A stretch of DNA of 64,000 nt from Candidatus Saccharimonadales bacterium (GTDB taxonomy: Bacteria > Patescibacteriota > Saccharimonadia > UBA4664 > SCTI01), in the NCBI GenBank assembly GCA_035479795.1, contig DATIII010000004.1:15668-79667 (forward strand). Direction: 5' to 3'. The position numbers and the translations under genes were made by a program. Below are positions 1-9,054 of this stretch, one piece after another. Under the pieces are notes generated by a model that saw only the letters and a program-made list of their open reading frames with translations, had not been told where the DNA came from and ran no database searches. Within the stretch, counting starts at the first letter, position 1, and each line of letters opens with the position of its first letter.

Positions 1-188
1 CTTCCGCTGTAGTGATTAGCGACCGCGAAACCGGCCGTTCTAAAGGTTTCGGATTCGTTGAGTATGAAAACGATGAAGAGGCCAAGGCAGCTATTGCTGC
101 TCTGGACGGCAGTGAAATGGACGGACGTAAAATCACCGTTAATGAAGCTCGGCCCATGGCCGAACGGCCTCCGCGCCGCGACTTCTAA
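1..188 (+). CDS. RNA-binding protein, RRM/RNP-1 family (5'-truncated by window edge)
   Basis: Own translation from nt 3: SAVVISDRETGRSKGFGFVEYENDEEAKAAIAALDGSEMDGRKITVNEARP...; RNP-1 motif KGFGFVEY; TAA at 186-188. Confidence 0.93.
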   Translation, partial: SAVVISDRETGRSKGFGFVEYENDEEAKAAIAALDGSEMDGRKITVNEARPMAERPPRRDF

Positions 189-222
189 ATAAAAAAGCGC
201 CCTTTTAGGGCCTTTTTTATTT
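187..222. terminator. Bidirectional intrinsic terminator
   Basis: aaataaaaaag-cgccc-tttta-gggc-cttttttattt between convergent genes. Confidence 0.7.
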
Positions 223-771
223 GAGTCCTAATTTCGATAATACGGCCAGGTAGCCACCGGTAATGGCACCGAGCAGACTGGTTATTAGATCGGTCATGGT
301 ATCGGTGTTGCCGTGCTGCAGCGGAATGTGAAATTCTCGTTCCACCGTAAACTCCACAATTTCCCAGAGTACAGCGGCCGTTATCGCGGTAAAGGCGGTT
401 ACATAAAAAATCTGCCAACCCCATTTGGGCTGAGACGCATTTGGCTCAAAGATGCGATTTTTAACCAGTAGCAAGTACATCAGTGGCCCCGAAAACACGG
501 GGAGGGTAAAGTGCACCAGCTTGTCGTAATAGGTGTAATGCTGGAAGAGTTCCAAATTGTTGCCGAGGACCTGGAAGATTCCGGCAATCATAAAGCCCAG
601 CTCCAGCCAAACTGGCACTTGCAGCCAGCGAACCACCATTATCAGTATCCAAGCGAGAAAAAACTTCCAGGTGAAGGCAAGGTTGCCAGCAAAGAAGTAA
701 AAGGCTGCAGCTACAAAGAAGCCAGTTCGCAGGTAGTCCATGGGTTTGATGTCGCCCCAATATCTCTTCAT
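217..771 (-). CDS. Multi-pass membrane protein (DUF2238/VanZ-like)
   Basis: Hydrophobic helices with YDKLVH, LWEIVEF and DTMTDL motifs. Confidence 0.75.
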   Translation of the reverse strand: MKRYWGDIKPMDYLRTGFFVAAAFYFFAGNLAFTWKFFLAWILIMVVRWLQVPVWLELGFMIAGIFQVLGNNLELFQHYTYYDKLVHFTLPVFSGPLMYLLLVKNRIFEPNASQPKWGWQIFYVTAFTAITAAVLWEIVEFTVEREFHIPLQHGNTDTMTDLITSLLGAITGGYLAVLSKLGLK

Positions 772-924
772 CTCTTAAGATCTCCGTAATATACAAATAA
801 TACAGGTGACTAATTAAGATAAGCAATCTGGGAGATAGCTGCCGCGGTTGCGGAAGATCTCTACGAGATAACGAAACACCCCGCCGACACGGCGACGAAG
901 TGTTTCAGTCGCTAGTCAGCGGGG

Positions 925-1694
925 TTAGTTGGGCCGGAACCGGTGGTACCAGCGCTTGGGAACGGAGGTCTGCACTGCTTCGTATAAGTCTTTGATCTGG
1001 TCAAAGACTTGGTCGGATACATTTTGCCAGTCGTAGCGCATTGATAGGCGTTCCTCAAAGGTCATTGGCTTGCCGAAGCTGACGATCACCTTGGGGAATA
1101 GCCAGAGCCGGCGCCAGTGCCGCAGGTACTGGCGCCGTAAACGGCCACCGGGATTACCGGAGCGCCTGTCATCCGGGCGAGTTTGCCGACGCCGGGTTTG
1201 GCCGGCTCCAGAATCTCGTGACTGCGGTCGCGGCCACCCTGAGCGTACATGACCACTGGTTGAGACTTGCTTTCCAGGATTATCCGGGCGGTTGAGAAGG
1301 CGTGGTCGTCGCGCACTCCCCGGGCGACGGGGAAGACCCCGCCGTGCTGGAAAATCCAGCGGCCAGGCTGCTTGTCGAAGAGCTGGGATTTGGCCATGAA
1401 CCGCACTTTGCGCGGTACGAACATGCCCACCACGAAGTGGTCGAAGAACGAGAAATGGTTAGGGACCAAGATGACCATGCCTTCAGCGGGGATGTTCTCG
1501 GTTCCCCTGGCCTCGGCCCGATAGAGCAGCCGCATCAGCGGCACCAAGATGAATTTGATCACGCGATAGACCGGGTACTTGGCGTCTGGGTCGTTTTCCC
1601 GCGCCCACACCTGGTATGGCAGGTAATACTCGGGTGGGTGCTGGCTCTTGTACTTCTGCGGCTTCATGCCGCCGCTGGCTCGCTCGTCGGTCAT
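925..1694 (-). pseudogene. plsC: 1-acyl-sn-glycerol-3-phosphate acyltransferase (PlsC family), frameshifted near 1131
   Basis: NHFSFFD (HxxxxD), RFMAKSQLF, PVIPVAVYG in ORF 1086-1694; the family C-terminus (QYLRHWRRLWLFPKVIVSFGKP...RFRPN*) continues in another frame to TAA at 925-927. Confidence 0.8.
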
Positions 1695-1846
1695 TTGCGG
1701 CCCCAGTTGTCGGAGTCCTTGGCGATGGCGATCGTCACTACGAGGAAAGCCACGAATAGAGCTATGAGCAAGGCAGCCCCGATCCAGAATCCGGCATTCG
1801 ATTCATGAGCCGGGGGGAGCTGATGGACGACAATCGTGCCAGTCAT
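1691..1846 (-). CDS. Small single-TM hypothetical protein (51 aa)
   Basis: MTGTIVVHQLPP...FWIGAALLIALFVAFLVVTIAIA; ATGA overlaps with both neighbours; SD ggagg upstream. Confidence 0.65.
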   Translation of the reverse strand: MTGTIVVHQLPPAHESNAGFWIGAALLIALFVAFLVVTIAIAKDSDNWGRK

Positions 1847-2040
1847 CGCCTGGCCTCCAGCAAGCCGCACTCTTCGAGTAGCGCCCTGCCTCTGGCTCGC
1901 CAGATGTCGTACACCGGGCTTTGGAACCCGGGCTCCCACAACCTGGGGATACTCATGGCAACTGGAGACCATCTGACATGGTTGTTGTAGAGCCATCCGG
2001 AGACGCTCTCCACGAGCTCGTCTTCTTCTTCGGTAGTCAT
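1843..2040 (-). CDS. Small hypothetical protein (65 aa)
   Basis: ATGA-coupled to upstream and downstream ORFs. Confidence 0.6.
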   Translation of the reverse strand: MTTEEEDELVESVSGWLYNNHVRWSPVAMSIPRLWEPGFQSPVYDIWRARGRALLEECGLLEARR

Positions 2041-2315
2041 CGCCGGCCTCGGTTCTTCTCCTGCTTGCGCTCATCGAGGATCGGCTGGACCTGCAGCCAG
2101 CGGACCCAGACGATGGGCGCGGAGATGATCAGCCCGACGGCAACCAGTGCAAAGCCCTCAGCGATGTGCCCTGATGCAACAATCATTCCGCAAGGGAAGA
2201 TGATGCCCAGAGGCATGATCAGCGCCCAAAGCTTGAGACGCCAGCTCGCGAGAAGACGCAATCCATTCGGCGATCGGAACTGAGATCGGCCCAGTTCTTG
2301 TAGGAACTTCCTCAC
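2037..2315 (-). CDS. Small two-TM hypothetical protein
   Basis: SD ggaggt then GTG start; two hydrophobic segments; first gene of a 4-gene coupled operon. Confidence 0.65.
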   Translation of the reverse strand: MRKFLQELGRSQFRSPNGLRLLASWRLKLWALIMPLGIIFPCGMIVASGHIAEGFALVAVGLIISAPIVWVRWLQVQPILDERKQEKNRGRR

Positions 2316-2383
2316 TTTGCTACCTCCAGATTGGGTAGGGTGTGGTCGGCCTAATTTATAACTGTATAAGCGAATAATTGCAA

Positions 2384-2460
2384 TGGCGGGCCCGACCGGA
2401 TTCGAACCGGCGATCTCCTCCGTGACAGGGAGGCATGTTAGGCCTCTACACCACGGGCCC
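2384..2460 (-). tRNA. tRNA-Asp(GTC)
   Basis: Cloverleaf gggcccgtggtgtagagg...ct-gtc-ac...ggttcgaatcc...gggcccgcca; CCA encoded. Confidence 0.97.
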
Positions 2461-2571
2461 GCGTCAAAAGAACTGACTCATACTAGCAGATTCCATCTGT
2501 TGACGCAATCAAGGGGAAGTCGTTTTGCGCAGGTTGAATACCGCTAATGGTTAGCCTATAATGGCCTACAT

Positions 2572-2943
2572 ATGGATCCGATCCGGAAGCGTGGAAATAC
2601 TCTAGATCTCAGCCAGGCCAAGCCTAAGGCACCGGCTGGTCCGGCCATGCCTAAACGCCCTTATACTCCTGAGGTAAAGGCTCAAGCTCCACGGGTGGCA
2701 CCAGTCCCAACTCATTCACTCGAGGTGGCAGAAGCCATTGATGCGGCTCGAGCCGAAAAGGCCCAAGCCCAAGCCCAAGCCCCAGCCCCAGCCCCAACCG
2801 CACCGGCACCTGCGCCAGCCGCCTCGCCCAACCGCAGCCGTTTTTGGCCGGCCTTCATGAAGTTTTTGGGCCTGCTAATTATTTTTGGGCTGATTGTCGC
2901 CGGCGGCCTCTACATCTACATCCATTTTTACACTCAGCAGTAA
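2572..2943 (+). CDS. Pro/Ala-rich protein with C-terminal TM helix
   Basis: ORF with AQAQAQAPAPAP linker; TATAAT at 2557. Confidence 0.75.
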   Translation: MDPIRKRGNTLDLSQAKPKAPAGPAMPKRPYTPEVKAQAPRVAPVPTHSLEVAEAIDAARAEKAQAQAQAPAPAPTAPAPAPAASPNRSRFWPAFMKFLGLLIIFGLIVAGGLYIYIHFYTQQ

Positions 2944-2944
2944 T

Positions 2945-3349
2945 ATGCAGATTCAAACCTCCAAGCAATCCGTCCTCGACATCTTTGTCCTGGTGCTGTT
3001 TATTTGTCTCCTTGCCGGAGGAGTTACTTATCTGGAGGTAGTCAGGCCCAGTATCAAAGACCTCGATGGCCTCATGAACCGCTTGACCGCCATGCAAACC
3101 CCGGCTCCGGCAGCCCCACCCGTGCAGACCAAACCAAAGGCCGCGCCAGCGTCCGCATCAGTAATTAAAACTGCCAGTACAAATCAAACTGTTCATTTTC
3201 GGACGGCAAAAGACACCAGTAGCCAGATTATTCAAGACTTGGCACCGGGTACAACCGTGCAGCTACGCGATGATAGCGACGCCAAATGGCAGGGGGTAAG
3301 CTACCAGGGCAAGCAAGGCTACATCTTTAAAGAATATCTTTCATATTAG
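2945..3349 (+). CDS. Membrane-anchored bacterial SH3 (SH3b) domain protein
   Basis: N-terminal TM, Pro/Ala linker, VHFRTAKDTSSQII...WQGVSYQGKQGYIFKEYL. Confidence 0.8.
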   Translation: MQIQTSKQSVLDIFVLVLFICLLAGGVTYLEVVRPSIKDLDGLMNRLTAMQTPAPAAPPVQTKPKAAPASASVIKTASTNQTVHFRTAKDTSSQIIQDLAPGTTVQLRDDSDAKWQGVSYQGKQGYIFKEYLSY

Positions 3350-3479
3350 CTTTGGTCAGCACAAGCGCTATATTCCAAAATTAACATTACTAACATAGCT
3401 GCCTTTGGTATTTACACTAATGCCGCCTAGGGGGTTTAAAGCGATACTTAGGGCACATAAAAACTAAGGGGTGCAGCCA

Positions 3480-3653
3480 ATGAGCAATTCACGCGGCAGA
3501 AAATTTAAGGCTCTAGGACAGGATCGGTACGATGCTGATGTGTTCTACATGAGTTTGGAGGAAGCCAAAAACTTCATAGCCGACAAATACGAATTTCTCG
3601 CCGAGCGCATAGAGCGCCAAAAACCAAAACAGATCAAGCCCAACCGAGGGTAA
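3480..3653 (+). CDS. Small hypothetical protein
   Basis: 57-aa ORF with upstream aagggg and a downstream terminator. Confidence 0.5.
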   Translation: MSNSRGRKFKALGQDRYDADVFYMSLEEAKNFIADKYEFLAERIERQKPKQIKPNRG

Positions 3654-3657
3654 ACCA

Positions 3658-3688
3658 AGAAGACCGGATGCGAGACCGGTCTTTTTTA
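3658..3688 (+). terminator. Intrinsic terminator
   Basis: aagaccgg-atgcgaga-ccggtctt followed by T-run. Confidence 0.75.
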
Positions 3689-3719
3689 ATTGCCACATTT
3701 TTGCTTGAATAGATGGAGC

Positions 3720-3796
3720 GCCGAAGTAGCTCAGCTGGCCAGAGCAATGCTTTCGTAAAGCAGAGGTCGCGGGTTCAAATCCCGCCTTCGGCTCCA
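3720..3796 (+). tRNA. tRNA-Thr(CGT)
   Basis: gccgaagtagctcagctggccagagc...tt-cgt-aa...ggttcaaatcc...cttcggctcca. Confidence 0.96.
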
Positions 3797-3798
3797 TT

Positions 3799-3872
3799 GC
3801 GGGTATAGTTCATCGGTAGAACGCGACCTTCCCAAGGTTGAGAGAGGGGTTCGATTCCCCTTACCCGCTCCA
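3799..3872 (+). tRNA. tRNA-Gly(CCC)
   Basis: gcgggtatagttcatcggtagaac...tt-ccc-aa...ggttcgattcc...acccgctcca. Confidence 0.96.
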
Positions 3873-3906
3873 GCAATTATTAAACAGCTAGTGCTATAAT
3901 TACTCC

Positions 3907-4308
3907 ATGGCTGTATCTGATACCGCAAAGGGGATGGGGCGGTGGAGTATAAATACTAAGGCAATTCGCCAGCATCCGATGATGAGCGATCGGATTTCGG
4001 TGCCCGTTCTCGGCGCGGCCGTAGTTTTGAATATTTGTAATCTTTTAGTTCTAATCTTTCGGGTACATCGAGCAACCTATCCGGTGCCGGTGCACTACTC
4101 CAGTCTAGTTGGCTTCGATCAGGTAGGGAGTTGGCTGGCTATCTGGCGAATTGGTCTATTTGCGCTGGCCGTCACTCTCATCAATGGTGTATTGGCGGCC
4201 AAGGCCTTCCAGCGTAATCGGCTGGCCAGCTTCTTTCTGCTGCTCGGCAGTGTTGTCGTCGGCTTGCTTTGCCTTATTATCACCTCAGCCTTTGCGGTTA
4301 TTGTCTAA
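3907..4308 (+). CDS. Membrane protein (3 TM, PVHYS motif)
   Basis: Hydrophobic ORF coupled by TAATG to the GT2 gene; TATAAT 6 nt upstream of ATG. Confidence 0.75.
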   Translation: MAVSDTAKGMGRWSINTKAIRQHPMMSDRISVPVLGAAVVLNICNLLVLIFRVHRATYPVPVHYSSLVGFDQVGSWLAIWRIGLFALAVTLINGVLAAKAFQRNRLASFFLLLGSVVVGLLCLIITSAFAVIV

Positions 4309-5996
4309 TGGCAACCAGCGCCTACCAATACATCACTGATCGTCGTTGGTTTGAACGTTTTCTAGAAATTCTGCCGGGGGCCCTGACTTGGCTGTTTTTA
4401 ATCGCGCCGATTGGCCTGAGCTTTATTAAGCCTCTCTGGGTGGCTTATTTTATCATTGCATTTGACCTTTATTGGCTTCTCAAAGCCTTTCGTCTGAGTA
4501 TTTTTCTTGTTCGCGGTTATTCGCAACTGCATCGTACCCAAAGGATTAATTGGGCTCATCGGCTGGATTGGCTTGAGGATCCCAAGCCGCATTTGGCCAA
4601 GGTCGAGCGACGGATGCGCGACCTAGTTAGCGCCTATCCCAGCGTCAAGCGGCGGCTGCAGTTTAGTGCCAGCGGCCTAAAAGCGCATCAAAAGTACCTG
4701 GGCATTGCGAACGAAATTGATACGCTGCGCGACATTGAGCAGCACGAAGCAGCCATTATCAAACCGAGCGAGTTATATCATTTGGTAATTATTGCCACCT
4801 ACAATGAGTCCTACGAAATCCTGCGTTCATCAATAGAGGCTCTGCTGCATTCTGAATATCGTCGTGACAGGCTGATGGTAGTGATTGCCTATGAAGAGAG
4901 GGGAGGCCAGGCAACTAAAGAGACAGCCGAGTCGCTGGTAGCCGAATTCGGCCCAAAGTTCCGTCATGCTCAGGCTATTATGCATCCCGATGGGATCGTC
5001 GGTGAACTGCAAGGAAAGGGTGCTAACCTAACCTTTGCGGGACGCCAGATGGCCAAGATTATCGGTGGAGATGGGATGAACCCCGAAAACATTATCGTCA
5101 CCACTCTTGATAGCGATCACCGCGTGGACAAGCAATACTTCTCGCGGCTGAGCTATGTTTATGCCACCAATCCGAATCGCTTACATAAAAGCTATCAGCC
5201 GGTGCCGATGTTCTATAACAACATTTGGGACGCGCCGGCTCCCATGCGCGTGATTGCTACCAACAACTCGTTTTGGGTATTAATCGAAGCCATGCGTCCG
5301 CACCGACTGCGTAACTTTGCGGCTCATGCCCAGAGTTTTAAGGCGCTTCTGGATACTGATTTCTGGAGCGTGACTAGTCCGGTGGAAGATGGCCATCAGT
5401 ACTGGCGCAGCTGGTTTGCATTTGATGGCGACCACGAGGTTTTGCCGCTTTATATTCCGGTTTACCAGGACGCCGTGCTGGATAAGACCTATCTAAAAAC
5501 CTTTGTAGCCCAGTACAAGCAGATGCGGCGTTGGGCGTTTGGCGTTTCCGATTTTCCCTACGTGGTGCGACATGCTATTCGTAATAAACACATTCCATTT
5601 CTAGAGAAGGTAATTCAGATCTTTAGGTTGTTTGAAGGCCATTTTTCCTGGGCGACGGCCGCTTTGGTGGTCAGTTTTGTGGCCTGGCTGCCATTATTTT
5701 TAAACCCGCACTTTGCCCGCCAGGAGCTAGCCCACCAGCTACCCATCATTGCCAGCCGGCTCATGAATGTGGCCACAATTGGGTTGGTTATCACGGTGGC
5801 CGTTAGTATGATTTCGCTGCCGCCGCGGCCCCCACACCATGGCCGGACTCGCAGCCTGGGCATGCTCATTCAATGGGCTTTGCTGCCGGTGGTGGCCATA
5901 TTGTTTGGGTCGTTTGCGGCCATTGATTCGCAAACCCGATTAATGTTAGGTAAACATCTCGGCTTCTATGTCACCCCAAAGGCCCGACGCGAATGA
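4308..5996 (+). CDS. Membrane glycosyltransferase family 2 (processive type)
   Basis: IIATYNE, LDSD (DxD), VEDG and QMRRW (QxxRW) motifs with flanking TMs. Confidence 0.9.
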   Translation: MATSAYQYITDRRWFERFLEILPGALTWLFLIAPIGLSFIKPLWVAYFIIAFDLYWLLKAFRLSIFLVRGYSQLHRTQRINWAHRLDWLEDPKPHLAKVERRMRDLVSAYPSVKRRLQFSASGLKAHQKYLGIANEIDTLRDIEQHEAAIIKPSELYHLVIIATYNESYEILRSSIEALLHSEYRRDRLMVVIAYEERGGQATKETAESLVAEFGPKFRHAQAIMHPDGIVGELQGKGANLTFAGRQMAKIIGGDGMNPENIIVTTLDSDHRVDKQYFSRLSYVYATNPNRLHKSYQPVPMFYNNIWDAPAPMRVIATNNSFWVLIEAMRPHRLRNFAAHAQSFKALLDTDFWSVTSPVEDGHQYWRSWFAFDGDHEVLPLYIPVYQDAVLDKTYLKTFVAQYKQMRRWAFGVSDFPYVVRHAIRNKHIPFLEKVIQIFRLFEGHFSWATAALVVSFVAWLPLFLNPHFARQELAHQLPIIASRLMNVATIGLVITVAVSMISLPPRPPHHGRTRSLGMLIQWALLPVVAILFGSFAAIDSQTRLMLGKHLGFYVTPKARRE

Positions 5997-6018
5997 TTTC
6001 TTATAAGGGCCCAGAGAG

Positions 6019-7056
6019 ATGAGTTATCTGGTTGCTTTTGCCATAGCCTTTGCATTGTCGCTGGCAATCACGCCGCTGGTTCGGCGGTTTGCGATTGCCA
6101 GAGGTATTCTAGATCTGCCGGCGGAACGTAAGGTTCATGTCGAGCCAGTTGCCCGCATGGGTGGTCTGGCCATTGTGGCTAGCTTTATGGCGGTCACTCT
6201 CGCAGTAGTGCCAGCAACCCGCCAGCTTAGTGCGCTGCTGGGTGGAGTTGTCATCTTGGCCGTGGTTGGAATAATCGATGACGTGCGAGGACTGGCCCCA
6301 GGTGTCAAATTTGCCTGGCAGATTGTGGCAGCCATGGTCGCCCTGGCCGGCGGGATCGGCATTACGGCCATTACCAATCCGCTAGGCGGTTCTATTGATC
6401 TGCAATGGGGGAGATTCCCCGTGGATGTTTGGGGTTGGCATTTTCATATTGCCCCAATTGCTAACTTAATCAGTATTCTATGGATGGTTGGTATGGTTAA
6501 CGTCATTAATTTTCTCGATGGTCTCGACGGTTTGGCCTGTGGGGTTTCAACCATCACCGCCCTGGTAATGTTTGTGTTGGCCCTAAATGTCGACCAGCCA
6601 ATTGTGGCGCTGCTGGCCATTATTACCGCTGGCTCGGCGCTGGGCTTTCTACCATATAACTTCTTTCCGGCTCGGATATTCATGGGCGATACCGGAGCTT
6701 ACTTCCTGGGGTTGATCATTGCTATGCTGGCCATTTACTCTGGAGGCAAGCTGGCTACGGCTCTGTTGGTGGTCGGTTTTACTATCATCGATTCGCTTTG
6801 GGCCGTGATTCGCCGGCTGCGGCGCGGCAGCCATCCCTTTAAGGCTGATCGCGAGCATCTGCATCATTTGCTACTCGAAGCCGGTTTGAGCCAGCGGGTA
6901 GCAGTACTATTGCTGTATCTGCTGGCTGTTATATTTGGGTTAATCGCCTTGGCTTCAGGTAGTTTTTCCAAGCTAGTGGCCCTAATTGTCTTGATAGTGG
7001 TAACCGTAACTTTAATAGCTACTTTGCTCCGTTTAGCGGGTCGTCGACGGGTTTAA
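6019..7056 (+). CDS. Undecaprenyl-phosphate GlcNAc-1-phosphate transferase (WecA/TagO, MraY-like)
   Basis: RKVH..P..RMGG, IIDD, NFLDGLDGL, IFMGDTG, DREHLHH motifs. Confidence 0.92.
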   Translation: MSYLVAFAIAFALSLAITPLVRRFAIARGILDLPAERKVHVEPVARMGGLAIVASFMAVTLAVVPATRQLSALLGGVVILAVVGIIDDVRGLAPGVKFAWQIVAAMVALAGGIGITAITNPLGGSIDLQWGRFPVDVWGWHFHIAPIANLISILWMVGMVNVINFLDGLDGLACGVSTITALVMFVLALNVDQPIVALLAIITAGSALGFLPYNFFPARIFMGDTGAYFLGLIIAMLAIYSGGKLATALLVVGFTIIDSLWAVIRRLRRGSHPFKADREHLHHLLLEAGLSQRVAVLLLYLLAVIFGLIALASGSFSKLVALIVLIVVTVTLIATLLRLAGRRRV

Positions 7057-7107
7057 ATCACTCGGCCGCTGCGCTATAATTAAACCTGTAAGGAAGGGAT
7101 ACGCCAT

Positions 7108-7437
7108 ATGAGTCGGATGAATTTGCAGGAGCTGATTAAGAACCTCCAGCAGTTTTATAAGTGCCCCTCCTGCGATGCCAGTTACTATCTGGATGATATC
7201 AACTTTCTAGGCGAGCTAAATCACTTCTATTTTGTGCAGATGAATTGTCACGAATGCTCATTGCCGATGCTGGCCACCGTTTCAACCAGCGGCAAGACGA
7301 TTAATCGTAGCAAGACGGACCTAAAGCAAGCCGAGGAAGCTAAGTTTGCTGCCATGGGCGCTATCTCGGCCAGCGAGATAGCCGACTTCCACCGCTTTCT
7401 GAGTCGTAAAAAAGGCGGCTTCACCAAGAAAAAGTAA
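7108..7437 (+). CDS. Zn-ribbon hypothetical protein
   Basis: CPSC...CHEC pairs; TATAAT at 7075; SD. Confidence 0.75.
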   Translation: MSRMNLQELIKNLQQFYKCPSCDASYYLDDINFLGELNHFYFVQMNCHECSLPMLATVSTSGKTINRSKTDLKQAEEAKFAAMGAISASEIADFHRFLSRKKGGFTKKK

Positions 7438-7530
7438 CCTGCCTGAGTTGCAATATCGAACAAAAAAAGTATACTGTTAGGCATAGATGGGTCGTTTGTG
7501 TTTGGACCCATCTTTTAAATGGCAATTTTT

Positions 7531-8241
7531 ATGGATAAAATAATTCTTAATCTGGAAAATCGTGCCGAAAAGGGCAAGCAAAACCGTCGCCTGCGCGCCA
7601 GCGGCAAGGTGCCGGCAGTTGTGTACGGCCATGGTTCTGACCCTCAGGCTGTGGCGGCTGATGCCAAAATGATTGAAAAGGTGTATAGCCAGGCCGGTGG
7701 CAACAAGATTGTTGGTATCAAGATAGGCGACGACAAGCAGAAGAATGCCTTATTCCAAGATATTCAGATCGATAGTCGCACCGGCCATCTAACTCATGCC
7801 GATTTATATCTAGTCCGGATGGATGAAAAGATTAAGACCGAAGTGCCAGTACATATGGTGGGTGAGTCGACGGCTGTCTACCAGCAAGAAGGCACATTGA
7901 TTCGGCCCATCGAAACCGTGGAGGTGGAGGCACTACCAGCTGATTTGCCAGAAAACTTTGAAATTGATATCTCAGTTATCGATGACTTTGATAAAACTAT
8001 TACAGTCGGTGATTTAAAGGTCCCGCAAGGCGTCGAAATTTTGACTGCCCCGGAGGAAGTTTTAGCAAAAGTTGAGCCGCCACGTAGTGATGCCGAGCTG
8101 GAAGAGCTCGATAGTGAGGTCACCGAAGAGCTGCCCGAGGGTGTTGCGGAAGATGATGAGGCCGCCCGTGAAGATGGTCCCCAGACCGACAAAGAACCTC
8201 AGAATAAAGACGCCGGCGCCAACCCTGAAGGCGCTAAATAA
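7531..8241 (+). CDS. rplY: 50S ribosomal protein L25/Ctc
   Basis: RRLRASGKVPAVVYG, HADLY, C-terminal Ctc domain with acidic tail (alternative start 7519). Confidence 0.95.
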   Translation: MDKIILNLENRAEKGKQNRRLRASGKVPAVVYGHGSDPQAVAADAKMIEKVYSQAGGNKIVGIKIGDDKQKNALFQDIQIDSRTGHLTHADLYLVRMDEKIKTEVPVHMVGESTAVYQQEGTLIRPIETVEVEALPADLPENFEIDISVIDDFDKTITVGDLKVPQGVEILTAPEEVLAKVEPPRSDAELEELDSEVTEELPEGVAEDDEAAREDGPQTDKEPQNKDAGANPEGAK

Positions 8242-8282
8242 TTCATTTCTAATCTGTAAAACGGCCCCAAGCGGGCCGTTTT

Positions 8283-8726
8283 TTAGTATTTCTTAAGTTC
8301 TTTTTTAAGGGCGGCTTCGTTGGCTGGACTTGCCTGAAATGCCAGGAAGCGCATGAAGGCTGGGGTGTTGAAGTGCTTCAAAGTAGTCAGCACAATCTCG
8401 GCGATTTTGGCCGAACTAATTTCTTGTGCCTTAGTGTCTAAAATTTTAGCTTCGATGGTATCGGTCACGGCATCGACCGTAGTTTCTTTGGCCGGGATGG
8501 AGAGGAAGGCGCCATGGATGCCGCTGTAGAGCTTGGCGCGGCTGTAGCGCTGCTTACGTCCAGATTTTTTAAGTACCTTCACAAAGGCGAGGTCGGGGGC
8601 TTCGTAGGTTGTGAAGCTTTCTTTGCACGATAGGCAGCGCCGCCGCCGCCAGATCTGGGTACCAAACTTGGTTGGGCGAGTATTAAACACGTCCGTAGTA
8701 TCTTCGCGACAAAAAGGACATTTCAT
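8283..8726 (-). CDS. nrdR: Transcriptional repressor NrdR
   Basis: MKCPFC...RRRRCLSC...FTTYE Zn ribbon plus ATP-cone. Confidence 0.93.
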   Translation of the reverse strand: MKCPFCREDTTDVFNTRPTKFGTQIWRRRRCLSCKESFTTYEAPDLAFVKVLKKSGRKQRYSRAKLYSGIHGAFLSIPAKETTVDAVTDTIEAKILDTKAQEISSAKIAEIVLTTLKHFNTPAFMRFLAFQASPANEAALKKELKKY

Positions 8727-8877
8727 GAGTAATTACCAGGTTTTACAGGTGTAAGGGCTAAAAATAAAAGGACTTCCGGCGCCCTCACGTCCTGGAGGGG
8801 TAACCGGAAGTATTCCTTACCACAAAAAGAATTGTAAGAAACTCCGCCTTGGCTGTAAACCCTTTTTTTGAATTCCA

Positions 8878-8893
8878 TGACTACATATTGTCA
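8878..8893. promoter_or_regulatory. Putative NrdR box
   Basis: tgaCTAcATATTGtca resembles consensus acaCwAtATaTwGtgt; weaker copy at 8975-8990. Confidence 0.55.
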
Positions 8894-9054
8894 TGTGACT
8901 ATAAAAATCTCTAGTGGAAAAGTTAGGCCAAATGGGGAGAAAGGGTCGGCTAATCTGTTGGCCGGATTTAGAGATGACAATATATGCGGCTATGATTTGT
9001 CTGCAGCTCGGTATACTATGCCTTCACCTGAGGAAATCTACCAAGGGAGCACCT

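Noticed and set aside
2761-2822. Hexamer repeat (gcccaa/gcccca)n
   Set aside because: In-frame coding repeat for an AQ/AP linker; not a phase-variation tract.
3513-3928. Minus-strand ORFs of 94 and 65 aa
   Set aside because: Antisense translations of tRNA-Thr and tRNA-Gly.
7485-7513. Hairpin in the rplY leader as an autoregulatory site
   Set aside because: A single 9-bp stem without comparative support; insufficient evidence.
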